DNA from: an uncultured Eggerthellaceae bacterium
GTDB lineage: Bacteria; Actinomycetota; Coriobacteriia; Coriobacteriales; Eggerthellaceae
Length of the DNA: 64,000 bases
Assembly: GCA_910588095.1 (NCBI GenBank)
Contig: CAJUQH010000009.1
Span: 2,606 to 66,605 of the forward strand
Direction: 5' to 3'
Shown here piece by piece: positions 45,258 through 54,255 of the stretch; within the stretch, counting starts at the first letter, position 1; the number at the start of each line of letters is the position of its first letter. Below the pieces are notes generated by a model. It saw only the letters and a program-made list of their open reading frames with translations, had not been told where the DNA came from and did no database searches. A program made the translations under genes and the position numbers.

Positions 45258-45430
45258 GCCAAAGCGAACCAGATCCTGGTTCGGAGGTCCCTTCAGCCTC
45301 TGAAGAAGCTGCGGAAGGCGCCGCTGCGGATGGCGGTGCAGGCGCTGATGCGGAAGGCGGGCCTTCCGTCACCCTGAGCGAAGGGGCCGCAGGCCCCGCA
45401 GTCGAAGAATCCAGTTCAAAACTACAAACC

Positions 45431-48400
45431 TTGGCCTCTGCCCTTGCGGGCAAGCCCGCCGCGTTCGTCAACGCCGATGTCGCCCTCGATGGTGAGCCTA
45501 TTGTGGGCTCCTTCACCGTCGATGGTTTGACCTTCGCGGTCACAGGGGAATCCCACGTCGAGCTCGTCGGGGTTGCCCCTTCCGTCACCTTGAGCGGAGC
45601 TGCCGAAGGCGGCGAAGCCGAAGGGCCCGATGAAGGCCACGCCAGCGAAGCTAGCGTCGCCAACCTCACCCTCCCCGGATCCGTCACCTACTCCGACACT
45701 GACTACGCCCTCGCCTCCATTGGCGCCTACGCGTTCTACCTCTCGGGCGTGGCCGATGTCATGCTGCCCGCAAGCGTGAACGATGTTGATGACCGTGCGT
45801 TCCGCTCGAGCGACGTCGCCAACGTCACCGTCGCCGACGGCAACCCCAGCTTCTCCTCCTACGACGGCGTCCTCTACGACGCCACCCGATCAAGCCTCCT
45901 GCTCATTCCCGGGGGCAGGCAGGGCGCTGTCCGCATCTCCGACAAGGCCGAGGAGGTGGACGCGTCGGCCTTCTCGCATTGTGCTGGCGTGGATTCGATC
46001 TCGGTCGATGCGGGCAGCGCGCACCTCTCCTCCTGGGAAGGACTCCTATACGATGCCGATGGCACGACGCTCCTGCGCGTGCCGGCAGGCGCCACCGACA
46101 TCACCATACGAGAGGGCTGCACGACCATAGCCGCCGGCGCCATGGAGGGCTGCGCGAGCCTTGAGCGCATCAACGCACCATCGACCGTGACCTCCATCAG
46201 CCCGGATGTGTTCCATGCGCTGCCAACAGTGAGCCTGCCAGCCGCCGCTTTTGCAAAGGAGGCAACGCAGCTCACGGCCATGGTTGCCTTGTCCGCTACC
46301 GGGGAGGATTCCCCACGAATAGACCCGAGCACCATTTTCGTCACAGTGCCTTCTGAGGCCAATGCGATGCTATGGCGCAAGGTTGGGCTCGTGCTTGCAT
46401 CAAACGCCTTGGTTGATGCAGATGAGCCAGCTGCCCAATCGCCAGCTCTATTTGGAGCACCGCGTGTTGCCGGCTATGATTCGACTGCGAATTTCAGCAG
46501 TGTTTTGGGTGGTGGAAATGCTCAATGGTCTTTCAATTCCTCTAGTGGCAATCTGACGATTTGCTGCCATGTCATGGGTGGCCGTCCTTCGATCATCGAT
46601 GATCAATTCAAGTACACTGTCGGCTCTGGTGACCGAGTCAATTACTCAGCTGTCCCTTGGTATAGCTTCAAGGATGAGATAAAGAGCATCACATTCATCG
46701 ACTTCGACGCAACGGACACGACGGCATGGTTTGCGGGCTGCCGCAACCTTGAGAGCATAAGGTTCGTTGCGCAGAACACGGCAAAGCCGCCGCTATCGTC
46801 GGTCGTTTCGACATCTCGCATGTTCGAGAGCTGTGGAAAGCTTAAGGCCATTCCCTCGAACTTTACGTTGGAGGCTTCGACGGAGCTCGTGTCGACCAAT
46901 CATATGTTCACCGATTGCGTAAGCTTGTCGGGCAGCATCCCCGCGGGTATGACGCTCACAGCAAGCGGGAAAAAGCTCGTCCAAGTGGCATGCATGTTCG
47001 CCAATTGCGTGAAGCTATCTGGCGAGATTCCTTTTACGCTAGAGAATTATGCTGGCACGGGTTTCGACTATATGTTCGCATCTTGCCGGAAGATAACCAA
47101 CATACCGTCTCGTTTCACGATGCCGTCTGGCGCAACCGTGACATCTGCTTTCAAGGTGACGATGGACGCGGCCGCGATTCGTGCTGGACAAGGCGATGGA
47201 AGCATCGATTTAAACGGCAAGCTGGTGACCACTTATGCGGGAACGAATAGCGTTGTCAAAGGGCTGAACTGGGACCTATGGGAACGGTCGCTTGGAACTC
47301 AGAGATATGAGATTGTGTTCAACACGAACGGGGGAAGCGGGGAATTCTACCAGACAAGGGTGGGCGCCGTTTATGGGTCGCAGCTCCTCTATAGCACTCC
47401 GGTTTACCGTCTGCCCTCTCCCGCGTTGGAGAAGACGGGGTATGGCAATTGCGACGGATGGATTCTCGGCAAAGCCACAGGCGATAAAACCCATGGGCTC
47501 GGCGCGGAGGTCTCTAACCTTACGGCTACGCCGAATGGCACCGTAACGTTCTACGCGCACTATACTCCGAACGACTATGCGATCTCGTTCGATGTCAACG
47601 GAGGCAAGGATGCTCCCAACAACAAGCCGGTCGATGCGACCGCCACATTCGATGCTGCGTTGCCGGCCATCGGCGCCAACAAGCCAGTGCGGGATGGTTA
47701 CGCTTTCAGCGGGTGGTATGACACCAGCGCCGCCACAGGCGGGAACATGTACTACGATGCGGAGAATAGGGCAGTACCGGGGAAGGCTTGGGACAAGGCC
47801 GACAATACGACCCTGTATGCGCGTTGGACGCCCAACAGCTACACCATCGCCTTCGACTCCCAGGGCGGGCCGGAGGTGGCATCCATGCAAGCGACCTATG
47901 ACTCCGATGTGACGCTGCCCCAGCCTGGTGGGCGCGAAGGCTATGCGTTCGGGAGCTGGAATACCGAAGCTGACGGAAGCGGGGCGGCTTATCAAGCCGG
48001 CATCGCTCTTGCGAAGCCCAACTTGACGACAAGCGGCACGGTTCCGCTTTATGCCCAATGGGTCGCGATCGAAGAAGCAGTCGTGCCCCTTGAGGTGACC
48101 GCGCGGGTGGACGTGCTCGGCATCGAGGACCAGACGCCAGCAACGGGCTACATCGAGTCACGCTGCGGCGAGCCGCTGAAGGTGGCCTCTGTTGAGATCA
48201 CCTCGCTGCCTGGCGCGACCGAGCTGTTCGGCGCGGGCAACGAATCCCAAGTGCAGCTTCAAGCGCTCGCAGGGGAAGGCGCCGCATGGCAGCCTGGCGG
48301 TGCCAACGCCAGCTTCTCGTTCCCGCTGGGGGCTTCCGCGACCGAATCGGACGCAGGCAAGCTGGCTGCCCTCACCATGCAAGCCTACGAGGATCGCGTC

Positions 48401-48505
48401 CCGATAAGCTACCGCTTCGCGATACCCGAGGCGCTGCTGTCCAGCCTAGCCGAAACCACCAAGCCTGTCTGCTCGGTGGCCTACACGGTGGCGCTGGTGA
48501 GCTAA
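45431..48505 (+). CDS. Large surface protein body (BspA-type LRR_5, DUF285-type 'MFxxC' repeats, Flg_new repeats, family C-terminal domain). Frameshifted relative to its signal peptide, so the full locus is 45129..48505
   Basis: 1024-aa ORF. 'IGAYAFYLSGVADVMLPASVNDVDDRAF'. 'MFESCGKLKAIPSNF / MFTDCVSLSGSIP / MFANCVKLSGEIP / MFASCRKITNIPSRF'. 'GYAFSGWYD', 'GYAFGSWNT'. C-terminus '...KPVCSVAYTVALVS'. Confidence 0.8.
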   Translation: MASALAGKPAAFVNADVALDGEPIVGSFTVDGLTFAVTGESHVELVGVAPSVTLSGAAEGGEAEGPDEGHASEASVANLTLPGSVTYSDTDYALASIGAYAFYLSGVADVMLPASVNDVDDRAFRSSDVANVTVADGNPSFSSYDGVLYDATRSSLLLIPGGRQGAVRISDKAEEVDASAFSHCAGVDSISVDAGSAHLSSWEGLLYDADGTTLLRVPAGATDITIREGCTTIAAGAMEGCASLERINAPSTVTSISPDVFHALPTVSLPAAAFAKEATQLTAMVALSATGEDSPRIDPSTIFVTVPSEANAMLWRKVGLVLASNALVDADEPAAQSPALFGAPRVAGYDSTANFSSVLGGGNAQWSFNSSSGNLTICCHVMGGRPSIIDDQFKYTVGSGDRVNYSAVPWYSFKDEIKSITFIDFDATDTTAWFAGCRNLESIRFVAQNTAKPPLSSVVSTSRMFESCGKLKAIPSNFTLEASTELVSTNHMFTDCVSLSGSIPAGMTLTASGKKLVQVACMFANCVKLSGEIPFTLENYAGTGFDYMFASCRKITNIPSRFTMPSGATVTSAFKVTMDAAAIRAGQGDGSIDLNGKLVTTYAGTNSVVKGLNWDLWERSLGTQRYEIVFNTNGGSGEFYQTRVGAVYGSQLLYSTPVYRLPSPALEKTGYGNCDGWILGKATGDKTHGLGAEVSNLTATPNGTVTFYAHYTPNDYAISFDVNGGKDAPNNKPVDATATFDAALPAIGANKPVRDGYAFSGWYDTSAATGGNMYYDAENRAVPGKAWDKADNTTLYARWTPNSYTIAFDSQGGPEVASMQATYDSDVTLPQPGGREGYAFGSWNTEADGSGAAYQAGIALAKPNLTTSGTVPLYAQWVAIEEAVVPLEVTARVDVLGIEDQTPATGYIESRCGEPLKVASVEITSLPGATELFGAGNESQVQLQALAGEGAAWQPGGANASFSFPLGASATESDAGKLAALTMQAYEDRVPISYRFAIPEALLSSLAETTKPVCSVAYTVALVS

Positions 48506-48512
48506 AATCGCT

Positions 48513-50084
48513 TTAGCGCAGGCTCACGCCCAGGAAGTCCACGCCGTCGGTGGTGAGCGGCTCGAACCCGCGCAGGTCGCTGGCGCGCCAGGTGGTGCCG
48601 GCATCGAGGAACGCCACCGGCCACAGCGGCGCCTGCTCGGCGATGATGGCGAAGCACTCCTCCCACAGCTTGCGCTGCGCGCTCTCGTCGGCAGCCTCGC
48701 GCGCCTGTCGCATGAGCGATCGCGCCTCATCGGCTGCTTCGCCGCTCCAGCGGCCCAGCCGCTCGGGCGCCACCTCGCCGCCGTAGCGCCAGGTGAGTAT
48801 CAAGTCCACGTCGAAGCCCAGCAGGGTGGGGTCGTCGAAGCACAGCGCCACGTCGAAATCCGACACGCTGCCGGCCAGGGTGCCGGGCTGCTCGCTCACC
48901 GTGGCCTTGACGCCCGCTTGCACCCAGTCGGCGCAGATGCGGTCGGCCAGCGGCCGCAGGCTCTCGTCTTGCAGGTCGAGCGCCACCGAAAGGTCTTGGG
49001 CGCCAGCCTTCTCCAGCAGCTGCCGCGCGCGCTCGGGGTCGTGGCTGTAGGCTGCCTCGGCCCGCATGTAGCCGGTGTGGGTGATGGGCAGCACGCCGGT
49101 GGGCACGGTGGCTCGGCCGCCGAGCACCTCGCTCACGGCCAGGTCGTAGTCGATGGCGTACAGCAGCGCCTGGCGCACCCGCACGTCGTCGAAGGGGGCC
49201 TTGGCGCAGTCGAACAGCACATAGGGCGATGCGAACCCGGGCACGTACTCGGTGGTCAGTCCCTCTTGGCCCACGCCCTCGCCGTCGGCAGGCATCACAT
49301 CATCGGCCACCAGCACCTCGCCTGCGGCGGCAGCGCCCAGCCGCGCCGCGCCTTCCGCCATGAAGCGCCACTCCATGGCCGAGCAGGTGGGCGGCTCGCT
49401 GCCATTGTAGTAGCCGTTGGGCAGGAACGCCATGCGGCCCTCCTCGGCCGAGAGCTCGCTTAGCAGCCAGGGACCCGTGCCCGCACCGGCCGCTGCCGCG
49501 CCCTCGGCTCCTTCGCTGGGCGGCAGCGTCACCGGCACTAGGGCCAGGCGCTCGCGCAGCAGCAAGGGCAGGGGGTAGGCCAGCGTCACGCGCACCGTGG
49601 TGTCGTCCATGGCGGCGACGGACTTGATGGGCGCCAGCAGCACGCCATAGGTGGCGTTGCTGGAGCGCAGCCGCTCGAACGCGGCGGCCACGGCCTCGGC
49701 TGTGACGGGCGCGCCGTTGCCGAACGCCGCATCGGCGCGCAGGGCCACGTCGTACACGGTGGGCGACACCTGCGTCGGCGCGCCGGCAGCCAGGCCCTCC
49801 ACGGGCTTGAAGCTGTGGGGGTCGATGTCGTAGAGCCCCTGGGCCGTGTGCCGCAGCAGCGAGAGCGCGCCGGGCGTGATGGTCCCTTCGGGCGGCAGGG
49901 CGGGCAGGGGGTAGGGAAGCGCGGCCGAAAGGCTGGTGGGCGCTGCGGGTTCGGCGGGGCCTTCTGCAGCTTGGCCGGCGCATCCAGCGATCCCAGTAGC
50001 GGCCAGCAGCGCGCCTGCGCCGGCGGCTGCCGCCACGAACTGCCGGCGGGTAAGCGGAATGGGCTGTGCCTCGTGCTTTTCCAT
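48513..50084 (-). CDS. Family-5-like ABC transporter substrate-binding lipoprotein with a Tat signal; orphan, with no adjacent permease or ATPase genes
   Basis: 'MEKHEAQPIPLTRRQFVAAAAGAGALLAATGIAGCAG' combines a twin-arginine motif and a lipobox. Size and composition are typical of peptide/nickel SBPs. The track ORF opens further upstream, at 50258. Confidence 0.6.
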   Translation of the reverse strand: MEKHEAQPIPLTRRQFVAAAAGAGALLAATGIAGCAGQAAEGPAEPAAPTSLSAALPYPLPALPPEGTITPGALSLLRHTAQGLYDIDPHSFKPVEGLAAGAPTQVSPTVYDVALRADAAFGNGAPVTAEAVAAAFERLRSSNATYGVLLAPIKSVAAMDDTTVRVTLAYPLPLLLRERLALVPVTLPPSEGAEGAAAAGAGTGPWLLSELSAEEGRMAFLPNGYYNGSEPPTCSAMEWRFMAEGAARLGAAAAGEVLVADDVMPADGEGVGQEGLTTEYVPGFASPYVLFDCAKAPFDDVRVRQALLYAIDYDLAVSEVLGGRATVPTGVLPITHTGYMRAEAAYSHDPERARQLLEKAGAQDLSVALDLQDESLRPLADRICADWVQAGVKATVSEQPGTLAGSVSDFDVALCFDDPTLLGFDVDLILTWRYGGEVAPERLGRWSGEAADEARSLMRQAREAADESAQRKLWEECFAIIAEQAPLWPVAFLDAGTTWRASDLRGFEPLTTDGVDFLGVSLR

Positions 50085-50337
50085 GGGGGCTATTCTACCG
50101 CAACGGGCTGCCATTGGCCGTCGACCGCTCGGCCCCCCATATGCCGCCGTTCGCTTGGGGCGGCTCGCCGGGCCCTTCCCACTTACCGAGCCGCACGGCC
50201 CGCGCCCTTGCCGCGGCCCCGGCAGCGCGGCGGCTCGGGGCAGCGCGGCTGGTATCATGCCAAGTGTTCTTTAGTCTTATATCTCATGAGTCTTTAAAGG
50301 GCATCCCCATGGCATTTGACCAGAAAGAGAGGAAGGT

Positions 50338-50913
50338 ATGTCCCAGCTGATTGAGATCCGTTGGCACGCTCGTGCCGGCCAGGGCGCTGTGACCGCCGCC
50401 AAGCTGGTGGCCGACACCGCGCTGATGGACGGCGCTTACGTCCAGGCCATGCCCGAGTACGGCCCCGAGCGCACCGGTGCCCCCCTGAAGGCGTACACGC
50501 GCGTATGCTCCGAGCCCATCGAGGTGCACAACAACATCACCAACCCTGGCATCGTGGTCGTGCTCGACGACACGCTGCTCGACACGGTGGATGTGGCCGA
50601 GGGCATCGCCGATGATGGCGTGGTCATCCTGAACACCGAGCTGTCGGCGCCCGAGGCCCGCGCCAAGCTGGGCGTGGCCGACACCGTGAAGGTGGCCGTG
50701 GTGGACGCTTCCGGCATCGCGCTGGACACCATCAAGCGCGACATCCCCAACACCCCCATCGTGGGCGCGCTGTCCAAGGTGACCGGCGTCGTGCCCGTGG
50801 ACCAGGTGAAGGAGCGCCTGCGCATCACGTTCGGCAAGAAGTTCTCCCAAGAGATGATCGACGCCAACCTTTCCTCCGTCGACCGCGCTTACGAAGAGGT
50901 GGTGTGCGCATGA
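50338..50913 (+). CDS. porC: 2-oxoacid (pyruvate-type):ferredoxin oxidoreductase, gamma subunit
   Basis: 'RWHARAGQGAVTAAKLVA...MPEYGPERTGAP'. Confidence 0.85.
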   Translation: MSQLIEIRWHARAGQGAVTAAKLVADTALMDGAYVQAMPEYGPERTGAPLKAYTRVCSEPIEVHNNITNPGIVVVLDDTLLDTVDVAEGIADDGVVILNTELSAPEARAKLGVADTVKVAVVDASGIALDTIKRDIPNTPIVGALSKVTGVVPVDQVKERLRITFGKKFSQEMIDANLSSVDRAYEEVVCA

Positions 50914-51224
50914 AGATGACCGAGATCGAGCAGTTCGACAGCTGGGCCCCCGAGCAGATCCCCGAGGGCTTCGTGTGCGAGGCCGGCACGTCCGAGCTCT
51001 ACATCACCGGCGGCTGGCGCTCCATGCGCCCCGTGTGGGACCAGGACAAGTGCACGAGCTGCATGCTGTGCTGGATCGCCTGCCCCGATTCGTCCATCCA
51101 GGTGTCCGACGGCGCCATGGTGGGCATCGACTACGACCACTGCAAGGGCTGCGGCGTGTGCGTGCACGAGTGCCGCTTCGGCGCCCTTGAGCTCATCCGC
51201 GAAGACGAAGCAGAGGAGGCGTAA
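50910..51224 (+). CDS. porD: 2-oxoacid:ferredoxin oxidoreductase, delta (2x[4Fe-4S]) subunit
   Basis: 'CTSCMLCWIACP' and 'CKGCGVCVHEC'. ATGA overlap with the gamma subunit. Confidence 0.85.
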   Translation: MKMTEIEQFDSWAPEQIPEGFVCEAGTSELYITGGWRSMRPVWDQDKCTSCMLCWIACPDSSIQVSDGAMVGIDYDHCKGCGVCVHECRFGALELIREDEAEEA

Positions 51225-51229
51225 GGGTT

Positions 51230-52405
51230 ATGAGCAACAAGGCCTTTTCCGCTACCGGCAACCAGATGATCGCCGAGGCCATGCGCCAGGTCGACCCTGA
51301 CGTCATGGCGGCGTACCCCATCACCCCGCAGACCACCATCGTCGAGAACTACGCCAAGTACGTGGCCAACGGCCAGGTGCACACCGAGTTCGTCACGGTG
51401 GAGAGCGAGCATTCGGCCCTTTCCGCCTGCATCGGCGCCTCGGCCGCCGGCGCTCGCGTGGCCACGGCCACCGCATCGCAGGGCCTGGCCCTCATGTGGG
51501 AGGAGCTCTACATCGCCGCCGGCATGCGCACCCCCATCGTCATGGCCAACGCCAACCGCGCGCTTTCGGCCCCCATCAACATCCACGGCGACCACTCCGA
51601 CGTCATGGGCGCCCGCGACACCGGCTGGATCATCCTGTTCGCCGAGACGGCGCAGGAAGCCTACGACAACACGGTCATCTCGTTCAAGATAGCCGAGGAC
51701 TCCCAGGTGCTGCTGCCCGTGATGACCACGCTCGATGGCTTCATCACCAGCCACGCCATGGAGCGCTGCGAGATGGAGGAAGACGCCACGGTGCAGCAGT
51801 TCGTGGGCGACTACCATCCCAAGTACGCGCTGCTCGACACCGACGAGCCCGTGGCCCACGGCATGTTCGCCAACGGCGACTCCTACATGAAGACGCGCCT
51901 GGCCACCCGCAACGCCAACATGGGCTCGCTGCCCATCATCGAGAAGTACGGCAAGGCCTGGGCTGACGTGACCGGCCGCCCCTACGACCTGGTCGACTGC
52001 TACGAGACCGACGATGCCGACTACATCGTGGTGGTGCTGGGCTCGGCCGCCGGCAACGTGCGCCACATCGCGCGCCAGCTGCGCGCCGAGGGCAAGAAGG
52101 TGGGCGTCGTACGCCCCCGCGTGTACCGCCCGTTCCCCGAGGAGCAGATCGTCGAGGCGTGCAAGGGCGCCAAGGCCGTGGCCGTGCTCGACCGCTCCGA
52201 TTCGCTGGGCGCCACCCACGCGCCGCTGGGCGCCGACGTCATGAGCGCCTTCTACGCCGCGGGCCTGAGCATTCCCGCGAAGAACTACGTGTACGGCCTC
52301 GGCGGCGCCGATGTGACCAACGTGGTGGTGCAGGGTGTGTTCGACGACCTCGAGAAGGTGGCCGACGGCACGCTGGACTGCGACCTGCGCTACATCGGCA
52401 TCTAA
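51230..52405 (+). CDS. porA: 2-oxoacid:ferredoxin oxidoreductase, alpha subunit
   Basis: 391 aa. 'AAYPITPQTTIVE', and its position in the gamma-delta-alpha-beta operon. Confidence 0.85.
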   Translation: MSNKAFSATGNQMIAEAMRQVDPDVMAAYPITPQTTIVENYAKYVANGQVHTEFVTVESEHSALSACIGASAAGARVATATASQGLALMWEELYIAAGMRTPIVMANANRALSAPINIHGDHSDVMGARDTGWIILFAETAQEAYDNTVISFKIAEDSQVLLPVMTTLDGFITSHAMERCEMEEDATVQQFVGDYHPKYALLDTDEPVAHGMFANGDSYMKTRLATRNANMGSLPIIEKYGKAWADVTGRPYDLVDCYETDDADYIVVVLGSAAGNVRHIARQLRAEGKKVGVVRPRVYRPFPEEQIVEACKGAKAVAVLDRSDSLGATHAPLGADVMSAFYAAGLSIPAKNYVYGLGGADVTNVVVQGVFDDLEKVADGTLDCDLRYIGI

Positions 52406-52427
52406 GGCATGAGGAAGGAAACGAGCA

Positions 52428-53375
52428 ATGGCTAACATCAAAGAACTGTCTCGCCGCCCCGAATGCCTGGCCCCGGGCCATCGCCTCTGCGGCGGCTGCG
52501 GCGCATCCATGGCGGTGCGCCAGGTGCTGATGGGCGTGCCCGAGGACGCAGTGCCCGTGGTGGGCTGCGCCACCGGCTGCCTTGAGGTGTCGACGACCAT
52601 CTACCCCTACGACGCATGGAACGTGCCGTTCATCCACAACGCGTTCGAGAACTCGGCCGCGACGGTGTCGGGCGTCGAGGCGGCCTTCAAGGGCCTGCAG
52701 CGCGCCGGCAAGATACCGGCCGACAAGAAGGTGAAGTTCGTGGCCTTCGGCGGCGACGGCGGCACCTACGACATCGGCCTGCAGTCGCTGTCGGGCGCCA
52801 TGGAGCGCGGCCACGACATGGTGTACGTGTGCTACGACAACGGCGCCTACATGAACACCGGCATCCAGCGCTCGTCGGCCACGCCGAAGGGCTCGTGGGC
52901 CACGACGGCCGAGGTCGGCAAGGACCAGCAGGGCAAGACCCAGCGCCGCAAGGATCTGGCCTCCATCATCGCCGCTCACGGCGTGCCCTACGTGGGGCAG
53001 TCCACCGTAGGCCACTGGAAGGACCTGGTGTCCAAGGCCGAGAAGGCATTCGCTGCGGACGGCCCGGCATTCCTGAACGTGCTCGCGCCGTGCCCGCGCG
53101 GCTGGCGCATCGGCTCCGACGAGACCATGCTCATTTCGCGCCTGGCGGTGGACACCAAGTTCTGGCCGCTGTTCGAGGTCGAGAACGGCAAGTGGACGCT
53201 CACGCCGGTCAAGGAGAAGAACCTCAAGCCGCTCGAGGACTTCCTGAAGCCCCAGGGCCGCTTCAAGCACCTGTTGAAGCCGGAGAACGCCGAGCTGCTG
53301 CAGGAGCTGAAGGACGACGTCGAGGACTACTGGAAGTACCTCGAGGGCCGCGTGGAGGGCTCGAAGGACCTGTAG
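52428..53375 (+). CDS. porB: 2-oxoacid:ferredoxin oxidoreductase, beta (TPP-binding) subunit
   Basis: 'CGGCGASMAV', 'FGGDGGTYDIGLQSLS', 'YDNGAYMNTGIQRS'. Confidence 0.85.
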   Translation: MANIKELSRRPECLAPGHRLCGGCGASMAVRQVLMGVPEDAVPVVGCATGCLEVSTTIYPYDAWNVPFIHNAFENSAATVSGVEAAFKGLQRAGKIPADKKVKFVAFGGDGGTYDIGLQSLSGAMERGHDMVYVCYDNGAYMNTGIQRSSATPKGSWATTAEVGKDQQGKTQRRKDLASIIAAHGVPYVGQSTVGHWKDLVSKAEKAFAADGPAFLNVLAPCPRGWRIGSDETMLISRLAVDTKFWPLFEVENGKWTLTPVKEKNLKPLEDFLKPQGRFKHLLKPENAELLQELKDDVEDYWKYLEGRVEGSKDL

Positions 53376-53523
53376 GGCCAAAAGCCCGCAGGCCTCAGGC
53401 GAGGCATGCCCAGCACGCCACCTTCGCGTTCCAAGCGCACTTATCTCGTGGCACGAAGGCCACTCGAGTGCGCTTCCACGCGAATCTGACGCACTGGCTG
53501 CACCTTCATATAGGCGAGCAAGC

Positions 53524-53560
53524 AAAGGGAGGGCCTTGCCCCTCCCTTTCGTCGTTTTTG
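53524..53560 (+). terminator. Rho-independent terminator after porB
   Basis: AAAGGGAGGG (53524-53533) pairs with CCCTCCCTTT (53540-53549), followed by TTTTT (53555-53559). Confidence 0.8.
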
Positions 53561-53574
53561 GGCAAGATTCACCG

Positions 53575-53603
53575 TTGACGCAGGCAAGTGCTGACCATAT
53601 ACT
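53575..53603 (+). promoter_or_regulatory. Predicted rplM-rpsI promoter: TTGACG-N17-TATACT
   Basis: Read directly. Leaves a ~210-nt leader before GTG 53819. Confidence 0.55.
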
Positions 53604-53818
53604 TGAAAAGTTCGCTTTCAAAAGCCCCGTAAACGCAGAGCGGGTCGAAGGCGCGCGCACGATGGGGAGTCCAGAACCCGGTCGAGCGCGTCGAGCGCGG
53701 CGTAGGAAACCGCGCGGGCTTTCGCCATCTGCACTTTTGAAAACAAACCGGTGCGCATCGGGCGCCCCGCAAGGGCACGCTTCAACCCGGGTGCCGCACA
53801 CCATAGGAGGAAGTAAGA

Positions 53819-54253
53819 GTGAAGACGTATTACGCAAAGCCGCAGGAGGTGGAGCGCGAGTGGGTCCTGATCGACGCTGAGGATCAGGTGCTCGGCCGCG
53901 TGGCCACCAAGGCAGCCACCATCTTGAAGGGCAAGCACAAGCCGCAGTACACCCCGCACGTCGACACGGGCGACTTCGTTGTCGTCGTGAATGCCGACAA
54001 GATCCGCGTGACCGGCGCCAAGACCACCGACAAGGTGTATTCCCGCCACAGCGGTTTCCCGGGCGGCCTCAAGCAGGAGACCTTCGAGGAGGCCATGGCC
54101 AAGCACCCCGAGCGCGTCATCGAGCACGCGGTGAAGGGCATGCTGCCCAAGAACACGCTCGGCCGCGCCATGGGCAAGAAGCTGAAGGTGTATGCCGGCC
54201 CCGACCATCCGCATACCGCACAGAATCCGCGCAAGATCGAGATGGAGGGTTAA
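53819..54253 (+). CDS. rplM: 50S ribosomal protein L13
   Basis: '[42 protein letters not shown]'. Confidence 0.95.
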   Translation: MKTYYAKPQEVEREWVLIDAEDQVLGRVATKAATILKGKHKPQYTPHVDTGDFVVVVNADKIRVTGAKTTDKVYSRHSGFPGGLKQETFEEAMAKHPERVIEHAVKGMLPKNTLGRAMGKKLKVYAGPDHPHTAQNPRKIEMEG

Positions 54254-54255
54254 TC

